From Candidatus Poribacteria bacterium (GTDB lineage Bacteria; Poribacteria; WGA-4E; WGA-3G), in assembly GCA_965205015.1 (NCBI GenBank), contig OZ242029.1, positions 2,304,001 to 2,368,000 on the forward strand: a stretch of DNA of 64,000 nucleotides. Direction: 5' to 3'. The notes beneath the pieces were generated by a model that was given only the letters and a program-made list of their open reading frames with translations, was not told the origin of the DNA and made no database searches. This document shows positions 26,840-36,093 of this stretch, piece after piece. Each line of letters starts with the position of its first letter. Within the stretch, counting starts at the first letter, position 1. Made by a program: the position numbers and the translations under genes.

Positions 26840-28137
26840 GAAGTCTCCTTGCTGCCAAATCTAACGTTATCAACGGCATCAAGAAAACGGCTCTGCACGT
26901 TGAGACTGACCTCTGCAAAATCTTCGGGCCACTCTCCATAAGTCCCCGCTTCGTCTAAATCCATGCTATCAACTTCGGTTACTCCATCTTCGCGCCGTGT
27001 GAACCAATGCAACTTGACTAACTCTGGCGGGAGGTCTCCTTCAGCAACAAGTGTTTGAAGAGTCAATAGCAGCAGCGAACTGTGCATTTCGGTGACGACG
27101 CGCACACCCCGTTTTGCCGCGTCTGCAAGCACTTGTGCCAATGCGACCTGGGCGCGTGGATGGAGATGTAGCTCGGGTTGTTCAAGATAGACTAACTGCC
27201 CTGGCTCTGCGACAATTAGTGCCGCCAAAACGGGCAATACCTGGGATACCCCTAATCCGACATCGGCGATGTTAACCAGGTCCGCTTCGTCGGTTCTGTC
27301 ATGCGGGAGGCGACTAACTCGAACTTCAATACTAACATCACCAATTTTTTGAGTCCGAACTTGTCCAGTCAAGCCAAGTGTGTAAAGTGCGTCGGCAACC
27401 GTTTTCAGGCGTTTGTCTTTCGTCTCTTGCCACTCGTGAATAATACTCGCAGTATAGTTTTCAAACGTGCCGGAATACTGGGGACCGGTGCTGCTCAATT
27501 TGTAAATGCGTTCTGGATTCCCGCGTAATCCGGGGAGGTGAATGGTATTAAAAATATATGTTCCAAAGCCATAAGTAACCTCATAGAAACTGCTACTATG
27601 TTGAGATCCCAAATACAAGAAACAACGCGAACGCTTCACTATATCAAAATTCTTGAATGCCGGATCTTGATCACCCAGCGACTTGATTTCTTCAGGCGAC
27701 ATCTCTGGATATAATGTAAGGGACTTGGTAGATAACGTTTGATCGGGACCTGAATTTTCTTTAGCCATTTCGACAATTTCAATCCCATTCTTTCCCTTTC
27801 TAAAAGTCGTCCGTACTGCGTTAGAAACATTGGATTTATGAGTCTCAATCAGAACTTGAAAACGATCTGATCTTTTTCCATTAGGTAATGTGGACAAAAA
27901 TTGCGCTGCTTCAGTAAATTCAACGTTTGGTCCATCAATCTTCAACGGTCCTGGATCATAAGGTGCCTCCAGCGTCTGCTTCAGCATCAATAACGGTTGC
28001 ATGATGCTGGATTTCCCCGAACTGTTCGCGCCGGCAAGGATCGTCAGCGGACGGATGTCGATCTCACGTTCTTCCGCGATTGACTTGAAACCCTTCACGG
28101 CTATCTTGGTAATACCTTCGATCGTTTTTTCCGACAT
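26836..28137 (-). CDS. ABC/AAA_21-type ATPase with DUF3696-like C-terminus
   Basis: KGFKSI, GANSSGKS, DVGLGVSQVLP signature, LEQPELHLHP, EMHS, WPEDF. Confidence 0.9.
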   Translation of the reverse strand: MSEKTIEGITKIAVKGFKSIAEEREIDIRPLTILAGANSSGKSSIMQPLLMLKQTLEAPYDPGPLKIDGPNVEFTEAAQFLSTLPNGKRSDRFQVLIETHKSNVSNAVRTTFRKGKNGIEIVEMAKENSGPDQTLSTKSLTLYPEMSPEEIKSLGDQDPAFKNFDIVKRSRCFLYLGSQHSSSFYEVTYGFGTYIFNTIHLPGLRGNPERIYKLSSTGPQYSGTFENYTASIIHEWQETKDKRLKTVADALYTLGLTGQVRTQKIGDVSIEVRVSRLPHDRTDEADLVNIADVGLGVSQVLPVLAALIVAEPGQLVYLEQPELHLHPRAQVALAQVLADAAKRGVRVVTEMHSSLLLLTLQTLVAEGDLPPELVKLHWFTRREDGVTEVDSMDLDEAGTYGEWPEDFAEVSLNVQSRFLDAVDNVRFGSKETS

Positions 28138-28165
28138 GTAGATCCTACTTCTTATGTTGGCGTAG

Positions 28166-28237
28166 TTAATCACGCAATTAATCGTTCACCTAATCGCCTA
28201 ATTAATCGCCTAATTAATCGCCTAATTAATCAGTTAC
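28166..28237 (-). repeat. Six 12-bp tandem units NNNNNN-GAT-TAR overlapping and following the stop codon of the AlbA_2 gene
   Basis: (T/C)TAATC at 28166, 28178, 28190, 28202, 28214 and 28226. Confidence 0.9.
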
Positions 28238-29605
28238 TTTTCGGACGTACTTGGTTCCTCGTCCCTTTCCTACCACAGTCAGTAAACCTTTGTTGGTCAA
28301 ATCGGTTAGTTCTGCATAGGCCGTCTGGCGCGAGACATGATTAATCTCTACATACTTCTTGGTTGTAATTTGCCCGTGTCTTTGCACATAGAAAAATGCA
28401 TTCCTTTGCCGCTCATTTAACTGCTCCGAGATGTCGTCAATTTCAATGTAGGTCGTCTCTTGAATCGGAGAGTCAAAGATGATTGTGGTTTGAAGTGGAT
28501 GAAAGGCGTAACGCGGTTCTGTGTTTCCCCACTCCGCAGAGAGTCTTTTCATCATTCTGATGCCAGCACCATACCGTTCAATAAACCCGACATCATACAT
28601 CAATTGGCTCAAAGTAGGATTTACCGGTTCATGAACTGGTTCATCTGGATTGACACCTTCTGGAAAAGTGCCGGGATTAATAATCTCAACGCGGTTATCA
28701 AATATAAAGACCCGGACATCTGCGGATTTTTGATAGTTGCGGTGAATTAGTGCATTGATAATCGCTTCCCTTAATGCCTTAAGCGGATATTCAAATTTAT
28801 CGTCTCGTTGGAAACTCATTGAAGTCCGAAGACTCAGGAGCCGAATATTTTTCCTGATGAATTCCTCCGCAGCATCGACCATCTCCCAAAGTGCCCCAGA
28901 GCAATCCAGTCGATTAATGACAGGATGGGTAACCGATATTCCTTTGAATCTGACAACCCTCAATTGTGCGTTTCGGAAGAATCTTTGGGGATACTTGCCA
29001 AAGAAGAGAATACCGGCATAGGTTGGGGTCTCTTCATCGCTAAGTCCATCAATATTCTTCAACAAGGCAGTTAAACGCATATCCTGTGGCTTTGCCACAT
29101 TTCGGATCGTTTCTCGACGGGTCAGATACCATTCGACTTTTTTCTCATCTATATCATCAATTCCGGCACGTGTAACTACAAGTTGATCCCAACTCTGTCC
29201 AGTGGCGTTGAGGTGCATCTGGGCAATCTCTTGTGGAGACATGACTCGGTTACTATTCCCGACCCTCTTATAACACACGCCTTTAACAGAAACAGGTTTT
29301 AGCGACGATTCCGAGATATGTATCAACAAAATCGATTTTCCACCTATATCAACCGATTCAATTTCCAGAACCACCCGCGGTTCGGTCGCCTGGGCGATCC
29401 GGTTTGACCAGTTTCTGAGTGTCTCTTTTCCAATGGTAATTCCTCGGATCTCTCCGTTATCAGAGACACCGATAAAAATGATCCCTCCGTGGGTATTGGC
29501 AAATGCAGCGGCGGTCTCAATAGCCTCCTGATCAAAATTCTCTTTGAATTCGGTTGTGGTGTTTTCGCCTTGTGTGATGCGTTGTTTAAGATCAGCAGTT
29601 TCCAT
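28226..29605 (-). CDS. Schlafen/AlbA_2 + HATPase_c_4 + wHTH protein
   Basis: GENTTTEFKE, AAFANTHGGIIFIGVSD, ALREAIINALIHRNY, NPGTFP, IERYGAGI, LNERQ...GKGRGTKY. Confidence 0.9.
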   Translation of the reverse strand: METADLKQRITQGENTTTEFKENFDQEAIETAAAFANTHGGIIFIGVSDNGEIRGITIGKETLRNWSNRIAQATEPRVVLEIESVDIGGKSILLIHISESSLKPVSVKGVCYKRVGNSNRVMSPQEIAQMHLNATGQSWDQLVVTRAGIDDIDEKKVEWYLTRRETIRNVAKPQDMRLTALLKNIDGLSDEETPTYAGILFFGKYPQRFFRNAQLRVVRFKGISVTHPVINRLDCSGALWEMVDAAEEFIRKNIRLLSLRTSMSFQRDDKFEYPLKALREAIINALIHRNYQKSADVRVFIFDNRVEIINPGTFPEGVNPDEPVHEPVNPTLSQLMYDVGFIERYGAGIRMMKRLSAEWGNTEPRYAFHPLQTTIIFDSPIQETTYIEIDDISEQLNERQRNAFFYVQRHGQITTKKYVEINHVSRQTAYAELTDLTNKGLLTVVGKGRGTKYVRKVTD

Positions 29606-29627
29606 AGTTTTTGGCAAATTCTAATAC

Positions 29628-29831
29628 CTATTCTTCCGAAGGATTGTCAACTGGAATTGGTTTACTGCGTCCCATGTATTTCAACTTAACCCGTATTGTA
29701 CCAGATTGACGTGGTGGAGGGGTAACTATGACCGCATCCACGTTAAGGATGTCCTCTTCATCGTAGACAGGAAAATCAGGGCGTTGCATCGGCTTTTCGT
29801 TGGTTGTGTTTGTGTATTGTAGTGTTTTCAT
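29628..29831 (-). CDS. Small hypothetical protein, 67 aa
   Basis: AAAGGAG RBS; PPPRQSGTIRVKLKYMGRSKPIP. Confidence 0.6.
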   Translation of the reverse strand: MKTLQYTNTTNEKPMQRPDFPVYDEEDILNVDAVIVTPPPRQSGTIRVKLKYMGRSKPIPVDNPSEE

Positions 29832-29893
29832 GATATGTTCAGTTCTCCTTTTACATACAATTCTAACAAAGATTTGCCGGATGTGCAACCATA

Positions 29894-31522
29894 TTACAAA
29901 GGAAAAAATACATTCCGATTAAGGTCTTGAATTCCAAACCATTTCAGGTTCCAATCACCGATTCTTGTTCCCGGTCTGGAAACTAAATAATGCTCTCTTT
30001 CCTTAGGCAGGTACTTTCGGTCTTTTAGCCATTGCATCGTAGATCGAAGGCTGTCCGTCGTTTTTAACTTTTCTATGAGATGATTGGCTCGAATGACAGG
30101 TACGTTGGGAGCTTGAACATTACCATAACCGATCCAATTCTCCGATACAACAACTCCTTCAAGTCTGTAACTCGAGTCGATGTTGAGTTTGTCTAATAAC
30201 GGCTTATAGTTTTCCGTAAAAGCTTGTTTTAGTTTTAGAATCTGAGAAATGCCCGTTTTAATTTCTTTAGATTTATTAATACGTTCATGTGCTGTCGTTG
30301 GAGCAATGAACCATTTGAGTTCTAAGAGTAAACACGCTTTTTCGGAATGATTTACAATAGCGAGATCAATATCTGTTAATTTTGCTACATTGCCCGAATA
30401 AAATTTAAAATCTTTATCAGATAATCGGGTCTTAAAACGCTCTCTCATGAGGTTTTCTTTTTTATCAACATATTTTTCATAGATTGTCTTTTCAGTTGGG
30501 AACCTATTTAAAAGCGAAATAAAATTCCGCTCTGCTGCGGAACAAATCCATATATTAGGTGCAATTGCATAATGTTTTGAATTTAATTTCATTAAAGGTT
30601 GTAAGGCAGGGATAGGCCTTTTAATATTACTACCTCCATAGGTCAAATCATCAAGAACACTTTTTACCTTTATAGGGGACATATCAGAATATCTCGCAAC
30701 GGACCTTATCAATCTACCGTAGGTTATTAGGTAAATACCATCAACATAACCTTTATGAGCACAGCCCTGCTTCATAGCCATTATCCGTGCTCCCCAGTGA
30801 ATATGTGCTATAGCACATATTACCTCAAAAACCTTCCGAAAATCGCCTAACGAGTAGCGACCGAATTTCCATTCACTGGGTAGTAAAAACATTCTGTCAA
30901 ATAGAGGTTTCAGGTATATTTTCACATCAGAAACCATTCTTGTATCCAATTTATAGCTGAATCTATCGCCTTCTACCTGTAGAGAATTTTGGATTGCTGC
31001 TATAGGAAAATTACTAGGATCCAAGAAAGATAATGCTTCTTCAGGTTCACGCGGATCAATCAAGATATTATACGCTTCGTATTCTATACTTGAGAAAAAA
31101 TTCCCCGTTGGTTGAATAGTTGATCCTTGAAGTTCCAATTCAAGTTCCCCCCCACTGGCACATGTGTAGGCGAAGACGAACCAATCATATTTCCTGCCTA
31201 ACTCAAACAAATCCTTAGATGGGTTATAAAGTTCGGGGTTATAAGCAGAGGGAATTTTCCCACCTTGTTCGCACTCACGGTGGAGCCAAGACACAGAGTG
31301 CTCGATTTCAGTAATAAAGTCACTACTCAGCGCGTGGCTATCTTGTACTCTGGTTATTCCACGAGTTTGCTCATTTAGCATATACTCTTCAGCATACGCC
31401 AACAAAGACCACGCGGCAGTTGCAAAAGAATGTTTGAGAAGCAGATTAGATTTGTAATAATCGTCTATTTCTTTCTCAATTTTTCGCAATTCACGTGAGA
31501 CATTGTCAGGGGCTTTCGTCAT
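29894..31522 (-). CDS. Hypothetical protein with C-terminal PD-(D/E)XK (NERD-like) nuclease domain
   Basis: TDIDLAIV...LLLELKW, later GISQ; AT-rich sequence. Confidence 0.7.
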   Translation of the reverse strand: MTKAPDNVSRELRKIEKEIDDYYKSNLLLKHSFATAAWSLLAYAEEYMLNEQTRGITRVQDSHALSSDFITEIEHSVSWLHRECEQGGKIPSAYNPELYNPSKDLFELGRKYDWFVFAYTCASGGELELELQGSTIQPTGNFFSSIEYEAYNILIDPREPEEALSFLDPSNFPIAAIQNSLQVEGDRFSYKLDTRMVSDVKIYLKPLFDRMFLLPSEWKFGRYSLGDFRKVFEVICAIAHIHWGARIMAMKQGCAHKGYVDGIYLITYGRLIRSVARYSDMSPIKVKSVLDDLTYGGSNIKRPIPALQPLMKLNSKHYAIAPNIWICSAAERNFISLLNRFPTEKTIYEKYVDKKENLMRERFKTRLSDKDFKFYSGNVAKLTDIDLAIVNHSEKACLLLELKWFIAPTTAHERINKSKEIKTGISQILKLKQAFTENYKPLLDKLNIDSSYRLEGVVVSENWIGYGNVQAPNVPVIRANHLIEKLKTTDSLRSTMQWLKDRKYLPKEREHYLVSRPGTRIGDWNLKWFGIQDLNRNVFFPL

Positions 31523-31544
31523 GAAATCCTATCCTTTGGCTGCG

Positions 31545-31604
31545 TTAATTCCTCAATCCCATCCGATATTTGATGTCGTAGTTGATGATGAAATCTAATT
31601 CCTC
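31545..31604 (-). pseudogene. Orphan duplicate of the methyltransferase 3' end (EELDFIINYDIKYRMGLRN*)
   Basis: 31555-31604 matches 35568-35617 at 48 of 50 positions. Confidence 0.88.
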
Positions 31605-31662
31605 TCCTCAAAATGATCGACATGAAAACAGATGGAGAACATGATTTTTGACCTGAACTGAT

Positions 31663-33222
31663 TTAGTCCGTTTCTGTATCATTCTGCAAATGCCTACGGA
31701 TAAACTCTGTTGCCTCCGGTCCTAATAACTTTTTCTTACCACCTTCAGTTTTGACAAAAAGTTTCCCGCTACTTGTGTAAAAGATGTCCTTTCTCTGTAG
31801 AGGTGGAACTAAAAGTTCAACAACCCACAAATCCTCTATTGTTTCTTTGTTCAAGTTATAGACGGGATGCAATTCAAGCTGCCAATCTTCAACACTAATT
31901 GGGGGTTGTACAGCCCCCAGTTTTTCAGATACTTTACGCCGCACCTCATCTCTTTGTCGGTCATCAAGAGGGATGCCTACTGTGATTCTATTACGATCCC
32001 TTATTCCCCAGAAGATGCGTCCGCCCTCACCATTAAGAAAGGCAACAGCATATTCATCAGAAGTATTTGTAATTGGGCTAACAGGATTTTTACTTTTGAT
32101 TTCCTTAAATTCATAAAAGCGTGTTTCTTCAAAAGGGACAGGTTGCTTCTGGATAAAACGGATTTGGGTCGGTTTGGTTAATTTATCAGCATCAGTCGCA
32201 ATTGCTAAGTATTTTTCAGCTATCTGTTTGTTGTCACGTAATTCGGAAAATTGACTTTCTGAGTCAAACGCAATGCCTTTTTCAAAACACTCAAGTGCTT
32301 TTTGGTATTGTTTGAGACTGAGAAAAGTCAAACCTCTGTTGTTTAAAACAATTGCCTTGTGGCTTGCATCTTGCACCGCGTCAAGTGCATCATCGAAATT
32401 GTTGAGAGCAGCTTGGAATTCTCCAAGATGAAGGAATGCTAAACCATCATCAGATAAGTCAATCGGATTAACATACGTAATCAATTGTCCAGTGCGCCAA
32501 TTCTGTGCTAAGTCCTCCTCCACTTTACGGGAGCCAAAAACCCTTGTCCCTGTTGTCTCAACGTACTTTTCGTTGATGGTTGCCAAGCTCACTTGGGTAC
32601 TTATCTTGACCAACCGAATTTGGAGTTTGTCGTGAAGAGACATATAAGCGATAGGGTTCATATCAGCAGCAAGCATTTCCGATAATTTCATCATGAATTC
32701 GTTATTCAGGTTTTGAAGGAGTTCGTCACGAGTCCAACCAGGAGAATCTAACTGATTCCAATGTGACCAAGATTCGTTAAAAGCTGCTGTGTCACCATGC
32801 AAAGCAAAAAACAATGCTGAGGGAGACGCGAGTAGTATTCTTCCGATTTGCTGTTTCTCCCCATCAGTTTGATACACTGAATCAAGGTAGAAACGTCTAA
32901 GAACATAGTCAACTAACCGATAGTCAATTCTAGCAAAGTAATACTCAGAAGTAATAAATTGCTCCGTTTCCTCATCATTTTCTTCTTTCTCTGAAAGGAA
33001 CTCTTTAACTAATCGTGCGAAAGTTTCAATATCTTTTCTGAGAACATACTGACTTACCTCATCTTGGCCTACTTTTTCACCAATATTTTCTGAGACGAGT
33101 GCTGTAAGTTGCTCCTCTATAGCTGCCAACAACTCACCAATCTCATTAGCAATTTCGTTTGTAGTCTTGGGAGTGCAATCTAATAAGTGTAAAATAATTT
33201 TTTTCCGGATTAAAGTATCCAT
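31663..33222 (-). CDS. wHTH + TPR + C-terminal Schlafen/AlbA_2 protein
   Basis: N-terminal ILHLL..PKTTNEIANEIG HTH, two TPRs, ETRFYEFKE...AVAFLNGEGGRIFWGIRD; GGAGG RBS before ATG 33222. Confidence 0.82.
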   Translation of the reverse strand: MDTLIRKKIILHLLDCTPKTTNEIANEIGELLAAIEEQLTALVSENIGEKVGQDEVSQYVLRKDIETFARLVKEFLSEKEENDEETEQFITSEYYFARIDYRLVDYVLRRFYLDSVYQTDGEKQQIGRILLASPSALFFALHGDTAAFNESWSHWNQLDSPGWTRDELLQNLNNEFMMKLSEMLAADMNPIAYMSLHDKLQIRLVKISTQVSLATINEKYVETTGTRVFGSRKVEEDLAQNWRTGQLITYVNPIDLSDDGLAFLHLGEFQAALNNFDDALDAVQDASHKAIVLNNRGLTFLSLKQYQKALECFEKGIAFDSESQFSELRDNKQIAEKYLAIATDADKLTKPTQIRFIQKQPVPFEETRFYEFKEIKSKNPVSPITNTSDEYAVAFLNGEGGRIFWGIRDRNRITVGIPLDDRQRDEVRRKVSEKLGAVQPPISVEDWQLELHPVYNLNKETIEDLWVVELLVPPLQRKDIFYTSSGKLFVKTEGGKKKLLGPEATEFIRRHLQNDTETD

Positions 33223-33336
33223 CGCATCCTCCATGTTTGGCAATTTGTGAGATGTATTCTATTCTTCTTGTCAATTTCCCGAATCCATACGATATTAGGT
33301 GGAGTCCAACGTTAGTTGTATTGTGGCTTGTATTTC

Positions 33337-35234
33337 TCACTGCTTCAGTCCATCAATACCGATTTCCTCAGATGGCACGGGTTCCATTTCTGGTTTGTTC
33401 ACGAAGTTTAACACCGGGACTGTAAACCTCTCAGCTTTCACGTATACGTTCTTTAGGTCAATATCTCTTGCCAAAACTGAAATTGGATCTTCGTAATTGG
33501 TAATGTTGTTTCTTTGCAGGAAATCCTCGACAACGTTGAATTTTATGGCGAAATTGACGTTTTGATTCCGGACAACATCAGGATTAAGACTACTCACAAC
33601 AACCCCAACCACATTTCCAGCAGAATCCAATACAGGGCCCCCACTGTTCCCTCCTTGGGTTGGTGCAGTGTACTGAAAAAGATTATTGGGTTGGGGATCA
33701 CCTATTGTAGATGTCAGTCCGCTAACAATGCCTGATGTACCATTACCTCTGTATGACAATAGACTACTCAGTGGATAGCCGAACACGGCCACCTCTTCTC
33801 CAAAATCAACCGGATAACTCCTGAATGTCGCAGTATTGGGATTTCCGTGTGGATCAAACAGTAATGCCAAATCAATATCTTCATCCACCGCGATTACTTT
33901 TACGCGGTGGTAAGGAGTGCGTAACTCATCGCATGAATTTATAACGTGAGCATTGGTCAGAATGTGATTTTCGCTGATATAAAACCCTGTGCCAGAGGAA
34001 GCTAGCCGCTTGGGTTTCCAGTTATCAATTTGTTTCTGAATTTCACTTTTCTGTTTTTCAGATAATCTATTTCCAACATTTGATGCTTCTTTAGCTACTT
34101 CGGCAGCAATGTTGTGAAAGTCTGTCTTATCCAAGCCAGGTTGTCCTCAAGTGCTAAGCTATACCAATAATATGCTTCCTCGTCGTCTAGTGGTACCTTT
34201 TCCTGCCCTTTGGTGAAGTTCATGCCAAGATTGGCCTGTGCGATAGCAAAACCTTGCTGAGCAGATGCAAAAGTGAGCCTCCGCGCCATTTCGGGGTTAT
34301 AGGACACACCTTTTCCCTCGTTATACATTTCGGCCAAACCATGTTGGGCCCGCGCCAATTCCTGTTCAGCTGCCATTTGATACCATTTGGCAGCTTCTTT
34401 GAAATTCTGGTTTATGCCATTACCCTTAAGGTAAACGAGACCGAGGCTGAATTGAGATTCAGCAATGCCTTGTTCAGCTGCCATTTGATACCATCTTAAT
34501 GCCTCTTTAAAGTCCCGCTCCACTCCACTTCCGGTAGCATACATTGTGGCGAGATTGTGTTGCGCTGGAGCATAGCCTTTCTTATATGGAGAGCCTTCAC
34601 TAAGATTTGGAGTTGCTGCCTTTGTAAACAATTCCAAGGCCTTTTCAGAGTCTTTCACAACTCCCCACAAGCCAGTTCGGTATATCTCGGCAAGTTCATA
34701 TTGGGCTGGTGGATAATTTTGCTCCACAGCCTTCTCATTCCAGTCTACTATTAGGACGGGTAATTCAATAGCCCTTGTAGCATCCGTAAAGGAAGAAAGA
34801 ACAACACCTAATCTGCACATTAAGGCAGCATTAAATTGTGCAACCGCATTGCCTTGGTTTGCTGCATCGTGGAACCACTTCAAAGCTATTTGGAACCACT
34901 GCAAAACTATTGTTAATATTTCAATTCCGAACTCCTTACTCGAAAGTAATGCATGTGCCCCAATACATTCATACATTACACCGAGATCGTTTTGGGCTAG
35001 AACATAACCTTGTTCGGCAGCTTTTGTATACCATGCGATAGCTTTTTCAAGGTCAGGTCTTACTCCTCTACCGTGCTTGTACATGAAACCGAGGCAGAAT
35101 TGTGCTACGGGATCGTCGTGGACGACTGCCCTTTGTTCAAAATCGTACATTGCCATTTCGTAGTGTCCACGATAGTAAGCTGCGAGGCCTGCATCGTAGT
35201 TTGAAGACTCCTCGGCTGTTGGTGGAATTTCCAT
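33337..35234 (-). pseudogene. SEL1-repeat + trypsin-like serine protease, split by a 1-bp frameshift near 34140
   Basis: ORF 34095-35234 carries SEL1 repeats; ORF 33337-34134 carries TNAHV, DLALL, GNSGGP. Adding one A (GAC AAA CCT GGC TTG GAT AAG) fuses them. Confidence 0.75.
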
Positions 35235-35298
35235 TATAATTATTCCTCCGTTGGTTATCAAAATTGAATGTTTGTCTAAACACAAGTTAACACTTGCT

Positions 35299-35374
35299 TA
35301 TAGACATAGCACTCCGCTGGAGTACAAGGGTTTGAATACGCCGTTTTCTATAGACATACCACCCCTCTGGGGTG
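35299..35374 (+). repeat. Two REP-like units with a 50-bp period
   Basis: TATAGACATAg-CACTCCgctGGAGT and TATAGACATAc-CACCCCtctGGGGTG. Confidence 0.7.
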
Positions 35375-36093
35375 AAGAAAGGTGCTGAAAAAGGGATTCA
35401 AACGATCAGAATTCGTTAGTAGCAAGTTGGGTTAAATAGCGCGGAATGAATCGGAAATTCTTCTGAATAACACCCTGATAATGTCAACAAATATTAAGTA
35501 TAGCACACAGCACAAGGAAGGTCAAATTTATTTGTTTTTTGCGTCCAATTGGCTGTATTAATGCCCTAATCCCATCCGATATTTGATGTCGTAGTTGATG
35601 ATGAAGTCCAATTCCTCGTCGGTGAAGCCGTAGTGTTTAGCGAGCACGCGGTCGATGTCGTCTATAATGTCTTTACTCAAACGTGGGTAGAACTCTTGAT
35701 AGATAATCTGTCCTGTCCGGGACGAGGTTTGTTCCTTCAGTTGACTGTTTTCTCTGTAATCGACCATCAACTTTTTACATAAAGATTCTAATTCATTGGC
35801 ATGGGTTGCTGATAATTGCGTTAAATTTATTGGAAACTCGTAAAGGACACTTGGAGCCAAATCACGACAGTTTGTCGTAAGTATGTAATACCAATAAAAT
35901 AAGGAACTACTCAAGATCGAGATTCCGATGTTTCTCGCTCTTTCTTCTTGAAAATATAGATGGTTTTCTTTACTCGACATAGATTCCTTGCCGTTTAAAA
36001 CGAACCGGGGTTGGAAGTTCGTGAATATTTTCCAGTATCGTCCGCCACTCGTTCGATAATAAATAGGAGATGAAGACCGCTTTAATAAATGAG

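Noticed and set aside
28166-28237. Stop-codon readthrough or recoding
   Set aside because: TAA and TAG terminate ordinary genes throughout the window, and the repeats lead to no further domain.
35299-35374. Possible mini-CRISPR
   Set aside because: Two units whose hairpin stems differ by compensatory changes, typical of REP-like elements.
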